A stretch of 64,000 nt of DNA. Source: Octopus vulgaris (lineage: Eukaryota). The notes beneath the pieces are model-generated. The model was not told the origin of the DNA and did not search any database. It saw only the letters and a list, made by a program, of their open reading frames with translations. Both the position numbers and the translations under genes were made by a program. This document shows, one piece after another, positions 14,071 to 28,002 of this stretch. Numbering within the stretch: the stretch's first letter is position 1; every line of letters starts with the position of its first letter. The stretch lies in NCBI GenBank assembly GCA_951406725.2, contig OX597822.1, positions 63,054,001-63,118,000 of the forward strand. The letters are read 5' to 3'.

Positions 14071-14849
14071 TACACAGTTAGGGCACCTTAACTTCTCAGT
14101 CTTGTCTGTTTTGGGTGTTTCAGGTTATTTCACTGTATGAAAGACAGTCGGTACTAATTTGTTGTTTGAAATGCATCACAAAGACACTAGAACTGTTAAA
14201 ATCTGTTAAAATCCTTACTTTGTGATATAAGTGTTAAAATCTGTTAACACTATATAAGTGTATATTGTGATATAAGTGTTAAAATCTGTTAAAATCCTTA
14301 CTTTGTGATATAAGTACGTCTATATGCGATATATTCAGCATGTCGTGGAATTCGGCACAGCATGACTTTGGGGGTTTTCGTGTAGTAGACAGCGATAGAT
14401 GAGAGAATGAAGTTTGAACATGTACCAGGAAGAATATGTAAAAAAAGAAAAATAGTAGCAAAGGAATGAATCGTAAACAGCCGAAAGTAACTCTAACACT
14501 TTAGGACAACACTTGCATTAAAAGCAAATTCTGTTGTTGCTGTATAATTCTTTTAGCAACAAAAGAGCTGCAAATCCTCGGCAAACTTTCTACAGTCAGG
14601 TGCACGAGCCCTGTTAAAAGTTCGCACTTTTGTATACTTTATAAATAAACTGAATTACACGCCAGCAACTCTTACACACATCAACTTTTACACGTTGATA
14701 ACCGTCATGGAACAGAGTTCTGGCAGGTCCCTTATACACTCTTCTTAACATCGCGTTCTTCAAAAAGGCCTTATTAGTATCCATCAAGGCGTTAGTAGTA
14801 TCCATCAGGAATCACTTCGGAAAATCATCGAAGCATATATGTATGTATG

Positions 14850-14883
<34 letters not shown>

Positions 14884-14914
14884 TGTATGTATGTATGTAT
14901 GTATTCTCTTTCTC

Positions 14915-15712
14915 TTTCTCTTTTACTTGTTTCAGTCATTTGACTGCGGCCATGCTGGAGCACCACCTTTAGTACTTATTCTATCGGTCTCTTTTTGCCG
15001 AACCGCTAAGTTACGGGGACGTAAACACACCAGCATCGGTTGTCAAGCAATGCTAGGGGGACAAACACAGACACACAAACACACACACATATACATATAT
15101 ATACATATATACGACAGGCTTCTTTTCAGTTTCCGTCTACCAAATCCACTCACAAGGCATTGGTCGGCCCGGGGCTATAGCAGAAGACACTTGCCCAAGA
15201 TGCCACGCAGTGGACTGAACCCGCAACCGTGTGGTTGGTTAGCAAGCTACTTACCACAAACCCACTCCTGCGCCTATGTATACTATGTATACTATTTACT
15301 ACTATTTTACTATTTTACTTATTTCAGTCATTTGACTGTAGCCATGCTGGAGCACCGCCTTTAGTCGAGCAAATCGACCCCCAGGACTTATGCTTTGTAA
15401 GCCTAGTACTTATTCTATCGGTCGCTTTTGCGGAACCGCTAAGTCACTGTGACGTAAACACACCAGCATCGGTTGTCAAGCGATGTTGGGGGTGGGCAAA
15501 CATAGACACACAAACATACACACACACATATATATATACATATATACCACGGGCTTCTTTCAGTTTCCGTCTACCAAATTCACTCACAAGGCTTTGGTCG
15601 ACCCGAGGCTATAGTAGAAGACACTTGCCCAAGGTGCTACGCAGTGGGACTGAACCTGGAACCATGTGGTTGGTAAACAAGCTACTTACCACACAGCCAC
15701 TCCTACGCCTAT
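14915..15712 (-). mobile_element. Two tandem SINE family A copies (~14915-15277 internally deleted; ~15305-15712)
   Basis: Two consecutive reverse-complement matches to family A. Confidence 0.88.
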
Positions 15713-15759
15713 GTATGTATGTATGTATGTATGTATGTATGTATGTATGTATGTATAAA

Positions 15760-17873
15760 CTAGGAAGTGGTATCAAAAAGTTCCCGAACTAGTTATGTTA
15801 ATAAAAAAGATAACTCATTTACCTAAGTTTTAACATCATCTCCTTCGAAATAGTCACTTTGTGCGCCAATATACCAATACCAGCGTTCCTGCCACTCTAG
15901 GGATCCGACCTGGAAGTCGTTTTCCGTAAGCGAGTCGAGAACCTTCTGCGATTCACTCTGGATCTCGACAACGATGTTAAAACGGCGAAAGATCCGGTCG
16001 CTTTCACCGAACGTCCTTCCACCTCAAACGTTTCAAAAAGTCGCAGTAGAAATCTCGATTGACGGTCTGACCCTGGGGGATAAATTTTCGATGCACAATA
16101 CTGCGGATGTCGAAAATCAAATCGATGAGCATGCTTTTGATTGAGCTGCAGCTCTGTCGTGCCTTCTTCGGTCGCGGAGATGAACGCCTCTTCATAATTG
16201 TGACGATTTGCGGCTTCGTCACAGGATTGTACCCGTAGACCCAACTCTCGTCACCGGTGATGATCCTCGACATGCAGGATGGGTCATCAGAGGCAAGCTG
16301 AAGGAGATCACGACAGACTTCGACGCGATATTCTTTCTGCTCAGTGGTCAGGAGACGGAGCACAAACTTTGCAGAGACACGCCGCACGTTTAATTCAGAC
16401 GTTAGGATTGCCAGCACAGACCCATTCGACAGACCAACTTCATCAGCAATTTCGTTGACTGTCTTTCGACGATCCTCATGAGTAAATAGTATGACTGATA
16501 AACAAACGATATATATATATGTATATATTGGGTTGTCCGGAAAGTTCGTGCCGATGTATAGTAGTTTACATTTCAACTTATTTTAGATCATGACTGAGTC
16601 CATAAAATAGGATTTGACTACACCTCCATTTAGAGCACAGTTTAAGCTATTTTTCGTGGAAGAAGAGTTATGTTCCTATAACCTGTGTTAATTCTGTAAC
16701 CCTTTAAAATGAAAGATAAGAAAGTTCATTTTCGGCACTTAATGCTTTGGGAACCAGACAAAAATTGCTGCAGTTCGGCTGGGATGTGTTACCTCACCCT
16801 CCATATTCCCCAGATATTGCTCCTTCGGATTTCCACTAATTCAGGTCTCTGCAGAATAGTCTTAATGGTAAAAATTTCAATTCCTTGGATGACGTAAAAA
16901 GATGAATTTTTTGCCATGAAACCACCTCAATTTTGAGAAGAGGGTATTTTCAAGTTAAAGGAAAGATGGAGACGCATTGTGCAACAAAATGATTCATATT
17001 TGGTTGATTAAAAATGTAATGGCAAGTATTTATTGACCTTATACTTACCTTTAAAGATTGGCACGAACTTTCCAGACAACCCAATATATATACATACATG
17101 AATACACAAAAACACACACAAACACACATACACACATACACACACATATATATATATGGTGAAAGTGGGGTAGGTATCTATGCAGGTCAATGCAGTTGAA
17201 GGGCATAACAGAGAAGTGTGAAAGACAATAAACAATACCAGTTTTGTTGGTCACAATAGAAGAGGCTTGCATCTCCCCGACTGAAGAAGGCACGACAGAG
17301 CCGCAGCTCAATCAGTCTTGAAGATATTGTGGTTTAGCGTATGCTTCGATGACCTTTCGAAGTGATTCCTGATGGATACTACCAATGCCTTGATGGATAC
17401 TATCAAGGCCTTTTTGAAGAACGCGATGTTAAGAAGAGTGTATAAGGGACCTGCTAGAATTTTCTCCACTTTTTCAGGGTGACGCGCGTGCCAGGTCTTG
17501 CAGTTTGCTCAACGTCTTCCAAGGAGATTCTTCCGTTTTTGAAATGCCGTATCACTCGAAGCATTCCGTACGAACCATTAGTTCGTCGCCGTGAAATTGT
17601 CAAAGCATGCTCAATATCTCTGTAGCAGACTTCACAAGTTTCACACAAAATTTTCACGTTGGCTCTTTATCCAACTTCTTGTCCATGACAAAAATCGCAG
17701 ACATCATATACGTGATCACGAAAATACAAGTTTCACAACTTGCGAAGTGAACATATGTCACTCAATGCACAGCTTCATGAAGGTCACTACTAGCTCTCAC
17801 TGCGCATGCAACTGTGTGCTGTCATCTGTTGGCGCGCTACACAACTAGTCCGGAAACTTTTTGACACTACCTC
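15760..17873 (-). mobile_element. Fragmented mariner element: central transposase 15900-16490, N-terminus 17460-17680
   Basis: TIR-like ends gtggtatcaaaaagttcccgaactag and ctagtccggaaactttttgacactacctc. Peptides FKNGRISLED and RRVSAKFVLRLLT...IITGDESWVYGY. Interrupted by other insertions. Confidence 0.8.
16528..17084 (+). mobile_element. Internally deleted mariner (MITE-like)
   Basis: TIRs ttgggttgtccggaaagttcgtgcc and ggcacgaactttccagacaacccaa with TA flanks. MKDKKVHFRHLMLWE is joined to a YSPDIAPSDF region. Confidence 0.92.
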
Positions 17874-18151
17874 ATATTTCTTCCTCCACCTTTACTCTCC
17901 TCTTCCCTATCTTTATGACTGTTGATGTATCTTTCTAGCCTTCCAGCTAATCTGGGAATATTGTTGGTTAAGCACTAAACTTTTGACACCAACAAAACTA
18001 GTATTGTTTATTGTCTTTCACACTTCTCTATTATGCCTTTCAAATGCATTCACCTGCACAGACACCCACACACACTTTCACCATATATGTATGTGTGTGT
18101 ATGTGCGTGTGTGTGTTTGTGTATGTGTGTGTATTTGTGTATTCATGTATA

Positions 18152-18211
<60 letters not shown>

Positions 18212-18897
18212 AGTTTAGAGAAGAAGAAGAAGAAGAAGAAACGAAACGAAACCAAACGAATCGAATCGAATCGACGCGAAGGCGCTCAGTCATACAATAG
18301 TGTAATAAATAAAATATATGCATACATACAAACATATATGTACGTACCATATATATATATATATATCGTTTGTTTATTAGTCATAGTATTTATATTCATC
18401 TAACAAGCCAGCCAGTTCTTCCCGTGTTTCTTACTTGTTTCTCCCTGCTAATTCTGTAAAATTTCTGGATGTTCAAGAGCACTTAATTTTTCATCTGTCT
18501 GTCCAGCTCGCTCATAAATAAGAAAGAAATAGCGTTCAAGGGGGAGGGGAAACGGCTTGAGAGACACAATGCCGTCAATTGAAAAGTTATGTGGAGTTGG
18601 ATAAGTACGAAGGCCGGACAAAGGCAGTCAACGTATCTAAATTTATTAGGGCAATGATACACAGTATTATATACTGAAAGGTGACAAAAGGTGATAATTT
18701 GTTTCAATGAACGTATCTATTTAAGCCTTTGTATGCATCTCTACCTACTTATCTATTTATCAATATATCTATCTATCTATCTATCTATGAATGTATACAT
18801 ATATATAATACACGCCTACATATAAACGCACATACGAGTGTATATGTGTGTATATATATATTTGTACGTTTATATACACACACATTTGTACATACAT

Positions 18898-18969
<72 letters not shown>

Positions 18970-19098
18970 AACCAATCGAAAAGTGTTAATTATAAGGCTT
19001 TCCAACATGTTTGTAGAAATGAAGGAGATGATTTCTAAAGTCCGGTCAGAAACATGTGTCTGGTTTCTTTTCATTCCACTGTCTATGCCTTACATATT

Positions 19099-19495
<397 letters not shown>

Positions 19496-19983
19496 CGCTT
19501 AAACATCGTAAGCTTCGAGATACTCATAACCAGTGAAGAACAGAATAATTGCGACAGACTGTGAGATATATGGAGAGGGGGTGAAGAGAAACCAAACATA
19601 TGTTTCCAAACGGACATTATAAATCATCTTCTTCATGTCTACTAACATACTTGAGAGACTTTTTATCACCAGCGTTTTGTTTAGTCTTTTGTTTCGCGTA
19701 AAAATCAGCCATAACGCTATGTTGTCGAAGTGTCACGTTTGGCTGATGGCAGGTAGGTAGTAGCGGGACGGTGGGTGGAAGGAAGCCAGAAGCCTTTTTT
19801 TTACCATTTCAATGAATAGCCAAGTTTTAATATAGTAAAATCATCTATGACCTATTTATTTGTTAACGTGCAAAGCTATATAGCACCACTACCGCTTTAC
19901 ATGTGAGCGTACTTATAACTTTATAACATTGCCGCGTCTACTACTGTTACTACATCGCTGCTGCTCTGAAATAACCGCCATCT

Positions 19984-20009
19984 TAATAATAATAATAATA
20001 ATAATGATG

Positions 20010-20056
<47 letters not shown>

Positions 20057-20088
20057 AATAATGATAATGATAATAATAATAATGATAA

Positions 20089-20129
<41 letters not shown>

Positions 20130-20163
20130 AATAGTAATAATAATAATAATAATAATAATGATG

Positions 20164-20224
<61 letters not shown>

Positions 20225-20368
20225 AATAACCATCAGAGAAGAAGCACAAAAAAAGAGCTGCGCTCGGATGATGATGATAAAGAAGAAGAAGAAGAAGAAG
20301 AAGAAGAAGAAGAAGAAGAAGAAGAAGAAGAAGAAGAAGAAGAAGAAGAAGAAGAAGAAAGATGATGA
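19984..20368. repeat. (AAT)n and (AAG)n trinucleotide microsatellites
   Basis: Directly visible. These produce the poly-I/N/K ORFs. Confidence 0.95.
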
Positions 20369-20369
20369 T

Positions 20370-22420
20370 TCAGGATAATTCAAAGACAGAGGGAAACTAC
20401 CTACCCTCTTCGACCAAAGGAAAGCAGAGCGGTGATCCTCACGATGGAATCGGCCAGTTGCCGGATCTATCCAACATATGATAGCTGCTGTTTGACATAA
20501 TTCCACAAGTCTGCAATACCCAAGTACTATAGAAACACCCGCTAGACGGTTTCTTCTATCTGCGCGCATCTCGGACGGTCAAGACTGACGGCACTACCAT
20601 GCCTATAGAATTTATCCCGGAGCGGCAATGCCACCACCCTGGTAACACTACCTGCTAGGGATTTCCGGAAATTGTCCATGGCCCTGGCATGAAAGCCCTG
20701 ATCAAAGCAAAACGGGAGGCAACTTACTGGATAGGCAACAAGAGTGGGGTGCTTTGTCTCAACTAGGAGTAAATAAGCCGTGGTGGACAGCTTTATCGAG
20801 AAATGATGCTTCAATAAAATAACCGGTCTTTGAGAGACTTTACTCACAAACTCATCTGAATAGCAACACATCGGAAACTATACCGAATCGGTTTCTGCTC
20901 GAGCTAACAAGGGTCACGCCACCTTAGAAGAATTAGTCAGAGTCGAAATGCTTGCTACTGGTTCAAACTTTCCCACAAGGCAAATTCTTCTGACGGCCCT
21001 TCATGTCCAAGACTAACAGGTACCATTCAAACCAAGAGACAGAAATGGTCCGGAGTAAGCAATAAAACAGGTTTTTGAGACTTATTACACTTCTGTATAT
21101 TATTTATCGGAAGTTTCAAGCATGGGGGAAATATGCCAAGTCTGGAGAAAAGAATTCCAGCATTAGACTAAACATAAAAACGTAATAAACTTGAGAATGT
21201 AAGCTGAAATATTGTATGACAGCAAATGCTGACAGAGATTGAAATTGAACAGATAAAAGAAAATCAGATTTAAGAAACAACGAATACAACTCAAAATACA
21301 ACAGACAAAAACTGATGTCAGGGTCGGAATAGAAAAACTGTCACAAGAAGTAATAACATGATATGCACAATAAGAAAGCATAAAAATATTCTGTGAATAT
21401 CAAACCATTGAAGAGGAATATCTTTATGAAATTCCTAACAATTTAGTGAAAACAAATAATGATGAATACAAGAACAGTGATCTGAGAGAACTTGAAAAAA
21501 TAATAATCTAAGAACGGATCAAAGTCTAAAATATGGACATGAAGGAACGCAATGACCTTCCTAAGATCTGCAATAGAAGAAAATATGACAGAGTAATCTG
21601 TCATGTGGATATCATTATAAAATCATTATAAAGGAAAATAAACTGGATATCACATCTCTATATGAGTTATTCTATGCTACTGCTATTGAATGCACCAAAA
21701 TGTCTGGCGTAAAACTGAAATATAAAGTGGGACATCATCCTAAAAAACCAATGCGGCAAGAAAAACTCAAGAAACAAACCTCTCCGATCTGATGTAGAAA
21801 TACACAAAATCTTAAGCAGTAATCATTATATAAAACCTTTTAGGAAGAGAGAGATAATGAGAAAATATAAATTAAAGTCTTAATACAAATTTACTGAAGC
21901 AATGGAGAAGTCAAGAAACAAATCTCTTCGATCTGATAAAGAAATACACAAAATCTTAAACAATAATCATAATATACAACTTTTAAGAAGAAAACAATAA
22001 TGAGAAAATATGAATTAAAATCTCAACACAGATTTGCTGGAGCGATGGAAATGATAAAACAAAAAATGCCTTCTAAAACAGCATACACCGCTTCGAAAAT
22101 CGATCGAGGCTCTTCAAAGATAATGACATGTTAAAAATAACTCAAAGAAATTCCTTAGATGCATTGAAAAGAATACAATCAAAATAAAAGTCCCTCAGAG
22201 CAAGAAATATCCTACTTTGGAGTAAAGTTTGAGCAGGTAAGAAGGAGCATAGTTGCGATGCTGCGCCATAGATTAACAGTAATAAACAAGACACATGAGT
22301 TTGTAGAAGAGCAAATATGAGAAGAGATCCGTGTAGATGCTAGACTTACATTTCAAAATATTAATAACAACAATGGATTCAAGTTTTAGCACAATGCCAA
22401 CAATTTTATGGAGAAGAAGA
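20370..22420 (+). pseudogene. 5' portion of a degraded R4/Dong-like (RLE-type) non-LTR retrotransposon
   Basis: Remnant peptides KWS...QVFETYY and NKLENV...MLTEIEIEQIKE resemble R4/Dong N-terminal regions. Begins right after (AAG)n. Contains a ~144 bp tandem duplication at ~21767-22055. Confidence 0.55.
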
Positions 22421-23039
22421 CAGTCGATTACACCGATCCTAGTACTTGACTGGTACATCTTTTTATCCAAAATGATGAGCGGAAAAGTTACCCTGGACGG
22501 AACTCAGAACATAAAGATTCAGACAAAATTCCACTAAGCATTATGTCCAATATGCTAATGATCCAGCCCGCACGCCCGCCTTTTCAGTCATATAAAAATG
22601 TGTTCAAATGTGTTATAAAATGTGGCTATTAACAAAATAACGCTGTATTAATACAGTAGGGGCAGAGATGCACAATATGTTTAGACATCTTAGAATGACA
22701 CAAAGTGTGCAAAGTAATTAGATGATTATATCAATTAGAAATATAAAATAAGATATTTCATGAAGCAAGAAAACACATAGGATAACTTACACTCACGCAC
22801 CACTGAGAAAACCAGCTAGATTTTCTGGAAGCAGCCCTACAACACTGCTCACCTGCCTGGCTGTTAATTAATTTTCATATTAAAACCTGATGCACCCAAA
22901 GCATCCGTGAGTATTTTCTGCGTTGGGCCGGACACAAGGCATCTAACGTCTCTAGTGAGAAATCCTCTGTTATGGTATAATAAATCATTGATGTGATCTA
23001 CAAAAATTCTACCATTCCAATTCTTTAAAATCCTGCTCT

Positions 23040-23530
23040 ATTCTCTCCTCCTCCAGAAGAACATCATTTATCAATTAATTCAGAACGATTACCTTTGATC
23101 TGAAGGTACGTTGCTCATTTGCAGGGGCTTGAATTTTAAGTTGTTCTGAGAGAAAGTGTGCTGTTCTTCACCTTCAGTTTCGGTTCCTTGCTTTTCTCTG
23201 TTTCTTTTTTTCTGATTTTCCGGATTTCGATTCGTGGTCCTTCTTGACCGTTGATTTCCCAGAGCGATTTCCTGTTCGATGGCTCTTGTAGCCAAAGACG
23301 AGTCGGTTTCATCCACTATTTCCGGATCTGCGACTTGTGGGTTTCTTACAACAGCTTTTGTTGTCTGCTGCTGTTCTATTCTTTGCTGTCCTCTTCGTTT
23401 GTCTTTTGACATCCTCCAAGCAAAATATCCTTTAAATGTTCCTTACTGCTACATGTGTAGCAGCTGGGTTTTATGTCCTGCATTGCAAGTCTCATAACTC
23501 TTCTTTCTGTATCCTCAATGAGGTACAACA
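23040..23530 (-). pseudogene. LINE ORF1-like remnant with zinc knuckle
   Basis: Minus strand reads MRLAMQDIKPSCYTCSSKEHLKD (C-x2-C-x4-H, final Cys frameshifted), followed by a low-complexity K/E/Q/R/T-rich ORF. Confidence 0.45.
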
Positions 23531-25057
23531 ATGGAACATATTTAGAGTCTTCAAAGGCGGTTAAGACTTATATGTACACAAGCATTATGACCCATCGTTG
23601 CCGGGTCTAGTGCTAGTCAAGCATATTTGGTCTTTCATGAAAATCCCACTCTCTTGTCATTCACTTGGTCTAACTCGTTAATTATTCCTTGCATTTCTCA
23701 AATCAAAAAAGCGTGCACGTTTGAAAGCCATTGATAACGCGTTTGAAAGCACAAAATTGCGCTGAGTCATACAGACTGTGTGCAAATGCGCACGCGCATT
23801 CAACTGTCAAGGGTAAAATTATCTCCGTCCAATCATAAAACAGCTGGCAGTCTATTGGCGTATCTAGCTGTACGCACGCACTGTGTACAAATTTCTGTTT
23901 TAACGATTTTGAATGGATATGCCCATAACTTATGGGCATAAGGGGTCGGTTTATCGATTTTTTAAATGGTTTTCTGGGGTGACTAGGGAAATGAAAATAT
24001 CTTCACGACCACCCTCAGGCAGTTTTGAAAGCCTATAGAAAATGTGAGCCTTTTACGTGAAAAACTGTGGATTTGTATAAAGAACACACAGACACACAGA
24101 TACACAGACACACAGATACACAGACATTTTGCCGTTTATAGATATAGAGATATAGATTCACCCTTCAACATATTCTTCTTGGTAACCTGCAGGTCTGCCT
24201 CTCTCCCATATTGCACTGCTAAAATAATGAAGACCCAATTTCCTTTACCGTAACTTTTGTGCTACCCGTCCCATTTAACGACGTATATTTTTTAAACAGG
24301 TTTTTAAAATACCGTTTCACTCTCAATTCTGAATGTTATGCACGTGTTTGCGCAGTTGTCACCTTAGTGAATGGCAAAAATATTGCTCCACATTTCAGTC
24401 ATAATTTCTGGAACTGGTTTTTCTTGAAAATGAAAAATGTCTCTGTTGCTTTCGAGGTGCAGAGATATATTTCATATTTTTTTTCTTTTTACTCAATGTT
24501 CGATAAATGGCGAGGCTATGGATACATCTTCTTTTATCACATATCTCCACTAAGGAGAATTTTTCTCCATTTATATCTAGAGACCATCTGGAATAAATTT
24601 CTTTATCACCAAAATCAGTTTTCACATTCAAGTTTTCGTTTGACAAATACTGTCAGTTGTTATGGCTTTGTTTTTTTTTTTTGTTGCTGTTGTTGTTGAT
24701 GTCATTTATGTCAATTAAAAAGTTTAAAATATTGTCGTTTTAACTAAGAAGCTTGATATAATTTCTTCTGCAGAGGAATTAAGTTTTATTCCTTTTTTTT
24801 TTTTTTTCATTTATTGCATGTAAAAATGTAGTTTGTTTCTGTTCGAGTCATTTTTTAAAAATGTTATCTTATGTTCTTTTATTGTGGAGAAAAATCTCCA
24901 TCATGTGAGTATTTTGTCAGATTAGGTTCCCAAAGGAGGGGAAATAACTCTTTCTTATATCATATATATTACATATCTAGTATATATATATATATATATA
25001 TATATAAGTTTTTATACTATAATGAGTTCAGTATGGCAAAGTAATTTATTTTACTAC

Positions 25058-25114
<57 letters not shown>

Positions 25115-25166
25115 TTATATATATATATATATATTATATATATATATGTGTGTATATATATATATG

Positions 25167-25272
<106 letters not shown>

Positions 25273-26293
25273 AGTCAGGATAGAAAATGCTAAAATAATT
25301 TTATATTATATATATATATATATATGCGCGTATGTATGTGCGTGTGCATGCATGAGTATATATCTGCACACGCATATGCGTGTATGAATACATTTATGGA
25401 CGCGCGTGAGCATACATGTACATATGTGTATGTGTATGTATATGCGTATGTATATGTGTGTGTGTGTGTGTTGTATGCATATACGCACATGTATATGTAC
25501 TCGTGTGCGCGCGTACGAATGTCATTATACTTTCTTTCCTCCTCTCTGATACTTATTACACTAACCTATACAATAAAATACGTCTATTTATAAATTTGAC
25601 ATCCTTGTATTCTCCCCTCCACTTTAAATTTTACTACTAAAACTACAACTCAATTTGGTGTTACCCCACCCATACATTTTCTCTACCCATCCCTTAATGC
25701 AGCTCTATCATATTACCCCCACTCATATATCACACTTATTCACTCCTTAGTCCCTCATCTCTTCCTATCCCTCCCCCACTCCTCTCCTATCCTCCTCTCA
25801 CATTATCCTGACCAACTAACACTCCTTTTCTCACTTCTTTCACCCTTTCTTCAATTTTTTTCACTCTTGACTTTTTCTCCTTTTTCTCTCTCTTTCTCTC
25901 ATTTTCTCTTTCTGTTTTCATTTTGACCTATCTCCCTATTCTAATCATACACATCTTCACCCTCTCCCATCTATTCACAAATACTACCAAATTTTCATTC
26001 ACATCACCAGGCCCTTTCGAATGAACAACAGAATCCACGGCTCCATACTTTGAAATGGGTAAACATGAACTACTGTTGGAACTTGCATACCATGTACAGG
26101 AAACATTTTTTTACCACTTCTATACACCACTTCCCTCGAATAATGAAAATGCTACTACAATATCTTCATATATTTTATATTTTATTTCTACTTTCATTCT
26201 CTTATTTCCCTCTGTATTCCCTATTTCCTCCTTTCCCAAAATAATGCCTTATTTCGAACTCAAATATTTACCTCTATTTAACCATCTCACATC

Positions 26294-26340
26294 GTCTCTG
26301 ATAAAGGGATATCATAATATCTCAGAAACAGGTGTAAGAC
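26294..26340 (+). ncRNA. Minimal type I hammerhead-ribozyme-like motif at the 3' end of a probable Penelope-like fragment
   Basis: gtct-CTGATAA-a-gggatat-cata-atatctc-a-GAAA-caggtg-TA-agac. Stems I and II and GAAA are present; the core has G8>A. Confidence 0.55.
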
Positions 26341-26409
26341 TATATCTATATCTGTTTCCTTATAAATGTCCAGAAAACTCACAGCCGTGGTTTTGTTATC
26401 TCATTTTGT

Positions 26410-26451
<42 letters not shown>

Positions 26452-26466
26452 CACACACACACACAC

Positions 26467-26552
<86 letters not shown>

Positions 26553-27580
26553 GATGCACATTTGTGTATTATTAAATCTCTTCCGCGAAGCTTTGACTTC
26601 ACCGTAAATTTCCAATGAGTAGCAGTGAAAAATAAGCGTATTAAACAATACATAACACAACATTTAATTACATGCTTGCAAGACGATACGATCTAATATG
26701 AAGGTCATTTGGTTGCTATTTCTTATAGGTCTAGAAACCACCTCTCTAGTTGGCTAATGGAAAGAATTGGTGCGACAACGAGTCTATCACTAACAGTGAC
26801 ATACTTTCATTGAACTGCAAAATAAAAATGGTTAGCTGTGTGGTTAAGGAGTTCCCTTCTCAAGCATGCAATTTCAGGTTCGATTCGATAGCACAGAACC
26901 CTGGTTGAGCGTCTTCTATCCTAACGTTATGTCGACAAAAGTTTGTGAATGAAATTTAGTAGACAGAAACTTAGTAGACAGAAAATTTAGTAGACTGAAA
27001 GACCTTCAGAAAGATCGTTCCTGACTTTTTATCGGCATACTTAAGCCATCATTCAGTTTAGCATAACCGTCTGACAGGACTTATGTGCTTTTAGCGAAGC
27101 ATATTGCATTGCCAACATTTAAGCTAGTCTTCCAATCAGAAGATGACTTACACCCTTTCTGCAACTAAATTCGGAGACCCTGAAAAACAGAACATGGGTG
27201 TTGTCCTTGTGTCTCTGACTACGCCATAAAAAGTTTATATATATATATATATTTAGTATAACACCTACGCAAATTCTATAAACAATAGAAATATTTTTGA
27301 TGAATTGAACAGCAGTAACTGCTAGCAACCACTGACCAACGACAATCAAGGCAATCCCAAATTATTCCTCCCCTTCTTCCCCTCCTCCTCGTCCTCCTCC
27401 TCTTTCTTCTTCTTCTTTCCTACCAAGAATTCACATGGACCTTGAACCCACAAGAGTGAACAAGAGAGACAGAGAAAGGTAGAAACAAGGAAAATGCCAC
27501 TTATATTTGAACACTATACAAATATTCTTTTAAAAAAAACTTTTCTTTGAATTTTTCTAAATTCAATTTTTTAATTGTTA

Positions 27581-27620
27581 CAGTTGAAAAGGTCTCAAAA
27601 AATGACCGAAACCGGTACTG
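27581..27620 (+). ncRNA. Minimal type I hammerhead ribozyme motif (U3-A8 variant)
   Basis: cag-TTGAAAA-ggtc-tcaaaaaat-gacc-GAAA-ccgg-TA-ctg. Stem I cag/ctg, stem II ggtc/gacc, palindromic ACCGGT at stem-loop III, GUA cleavage triplet. Confidence 0.65.
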
Positions 27621-27665
27621 AAATGTTCTTTATAAAATTATTTTAGAATTTTCTATCTTGACTTG

Positions 27666-27722
<57 letters not shown>

Positions 27723-27724
<2 letters not shown>

Positions 27725-27933
27725 CGGGAAGCTTTATGAAAATAAACAAAAGACGAAAGCAGGTGGAATACAAACAAACAATTGTATTAGTATGGCGCTC
27801 AGAAATATAAATAAAACAAGTCTTTTACGTTTCGAGCCTACGCTCTTCAACAGAAAGATACACAGAAAAGAAACACAGAAAGAAACAAGGAGAGAAAAAA
27901 ATGCGTGCAGAGGCTAGCGAATCAACATGGCGA

Positions 27934-27937
<4 letters not shown>
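27723..27937 (-). mobile_element. (TA)n-flanked ~215 bp repeat with hammerhead-like motif (27821-27858), PLE pLTR-like
   Basis: Near-identical inverted copy at 42711-42914. Minus strand reads tcttt-CTGTTGA-a-gagc-gtag-gctc-GAAA-cg-TA-aaaga. Confidence 0.7.

Positions 27938-28002
<65 letters not shown>

Noticed and set aside
14194-14315. Short tandem duplication of gttaaaatctgttaaaatccttactttgtgatataagt
   Set aside because: Simple local slippage duplication with no further structure.
14843-15792. Recurrent peptides [14 protein letters not shown] / SFSFRLPNPLTRLWS in many ORFs
   Set aside because: Antisense translations of SINE family A, not a protein family.
17278-17317. CTGAAGA-a-ggc...gcc hammerhead-like start (similar partial motifs near 3313, 43521, 47345, 55513, 63615)
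   Set aside because: The GAAA box or stems are missing or degenerate, so these are not called as ribozymes individually.
22850-22915. gtgagt donor-like site as a possible upstream GPCR exon
   Set aside because: The required phase-1 frame has a nearby stop and no WDG/CW motif.
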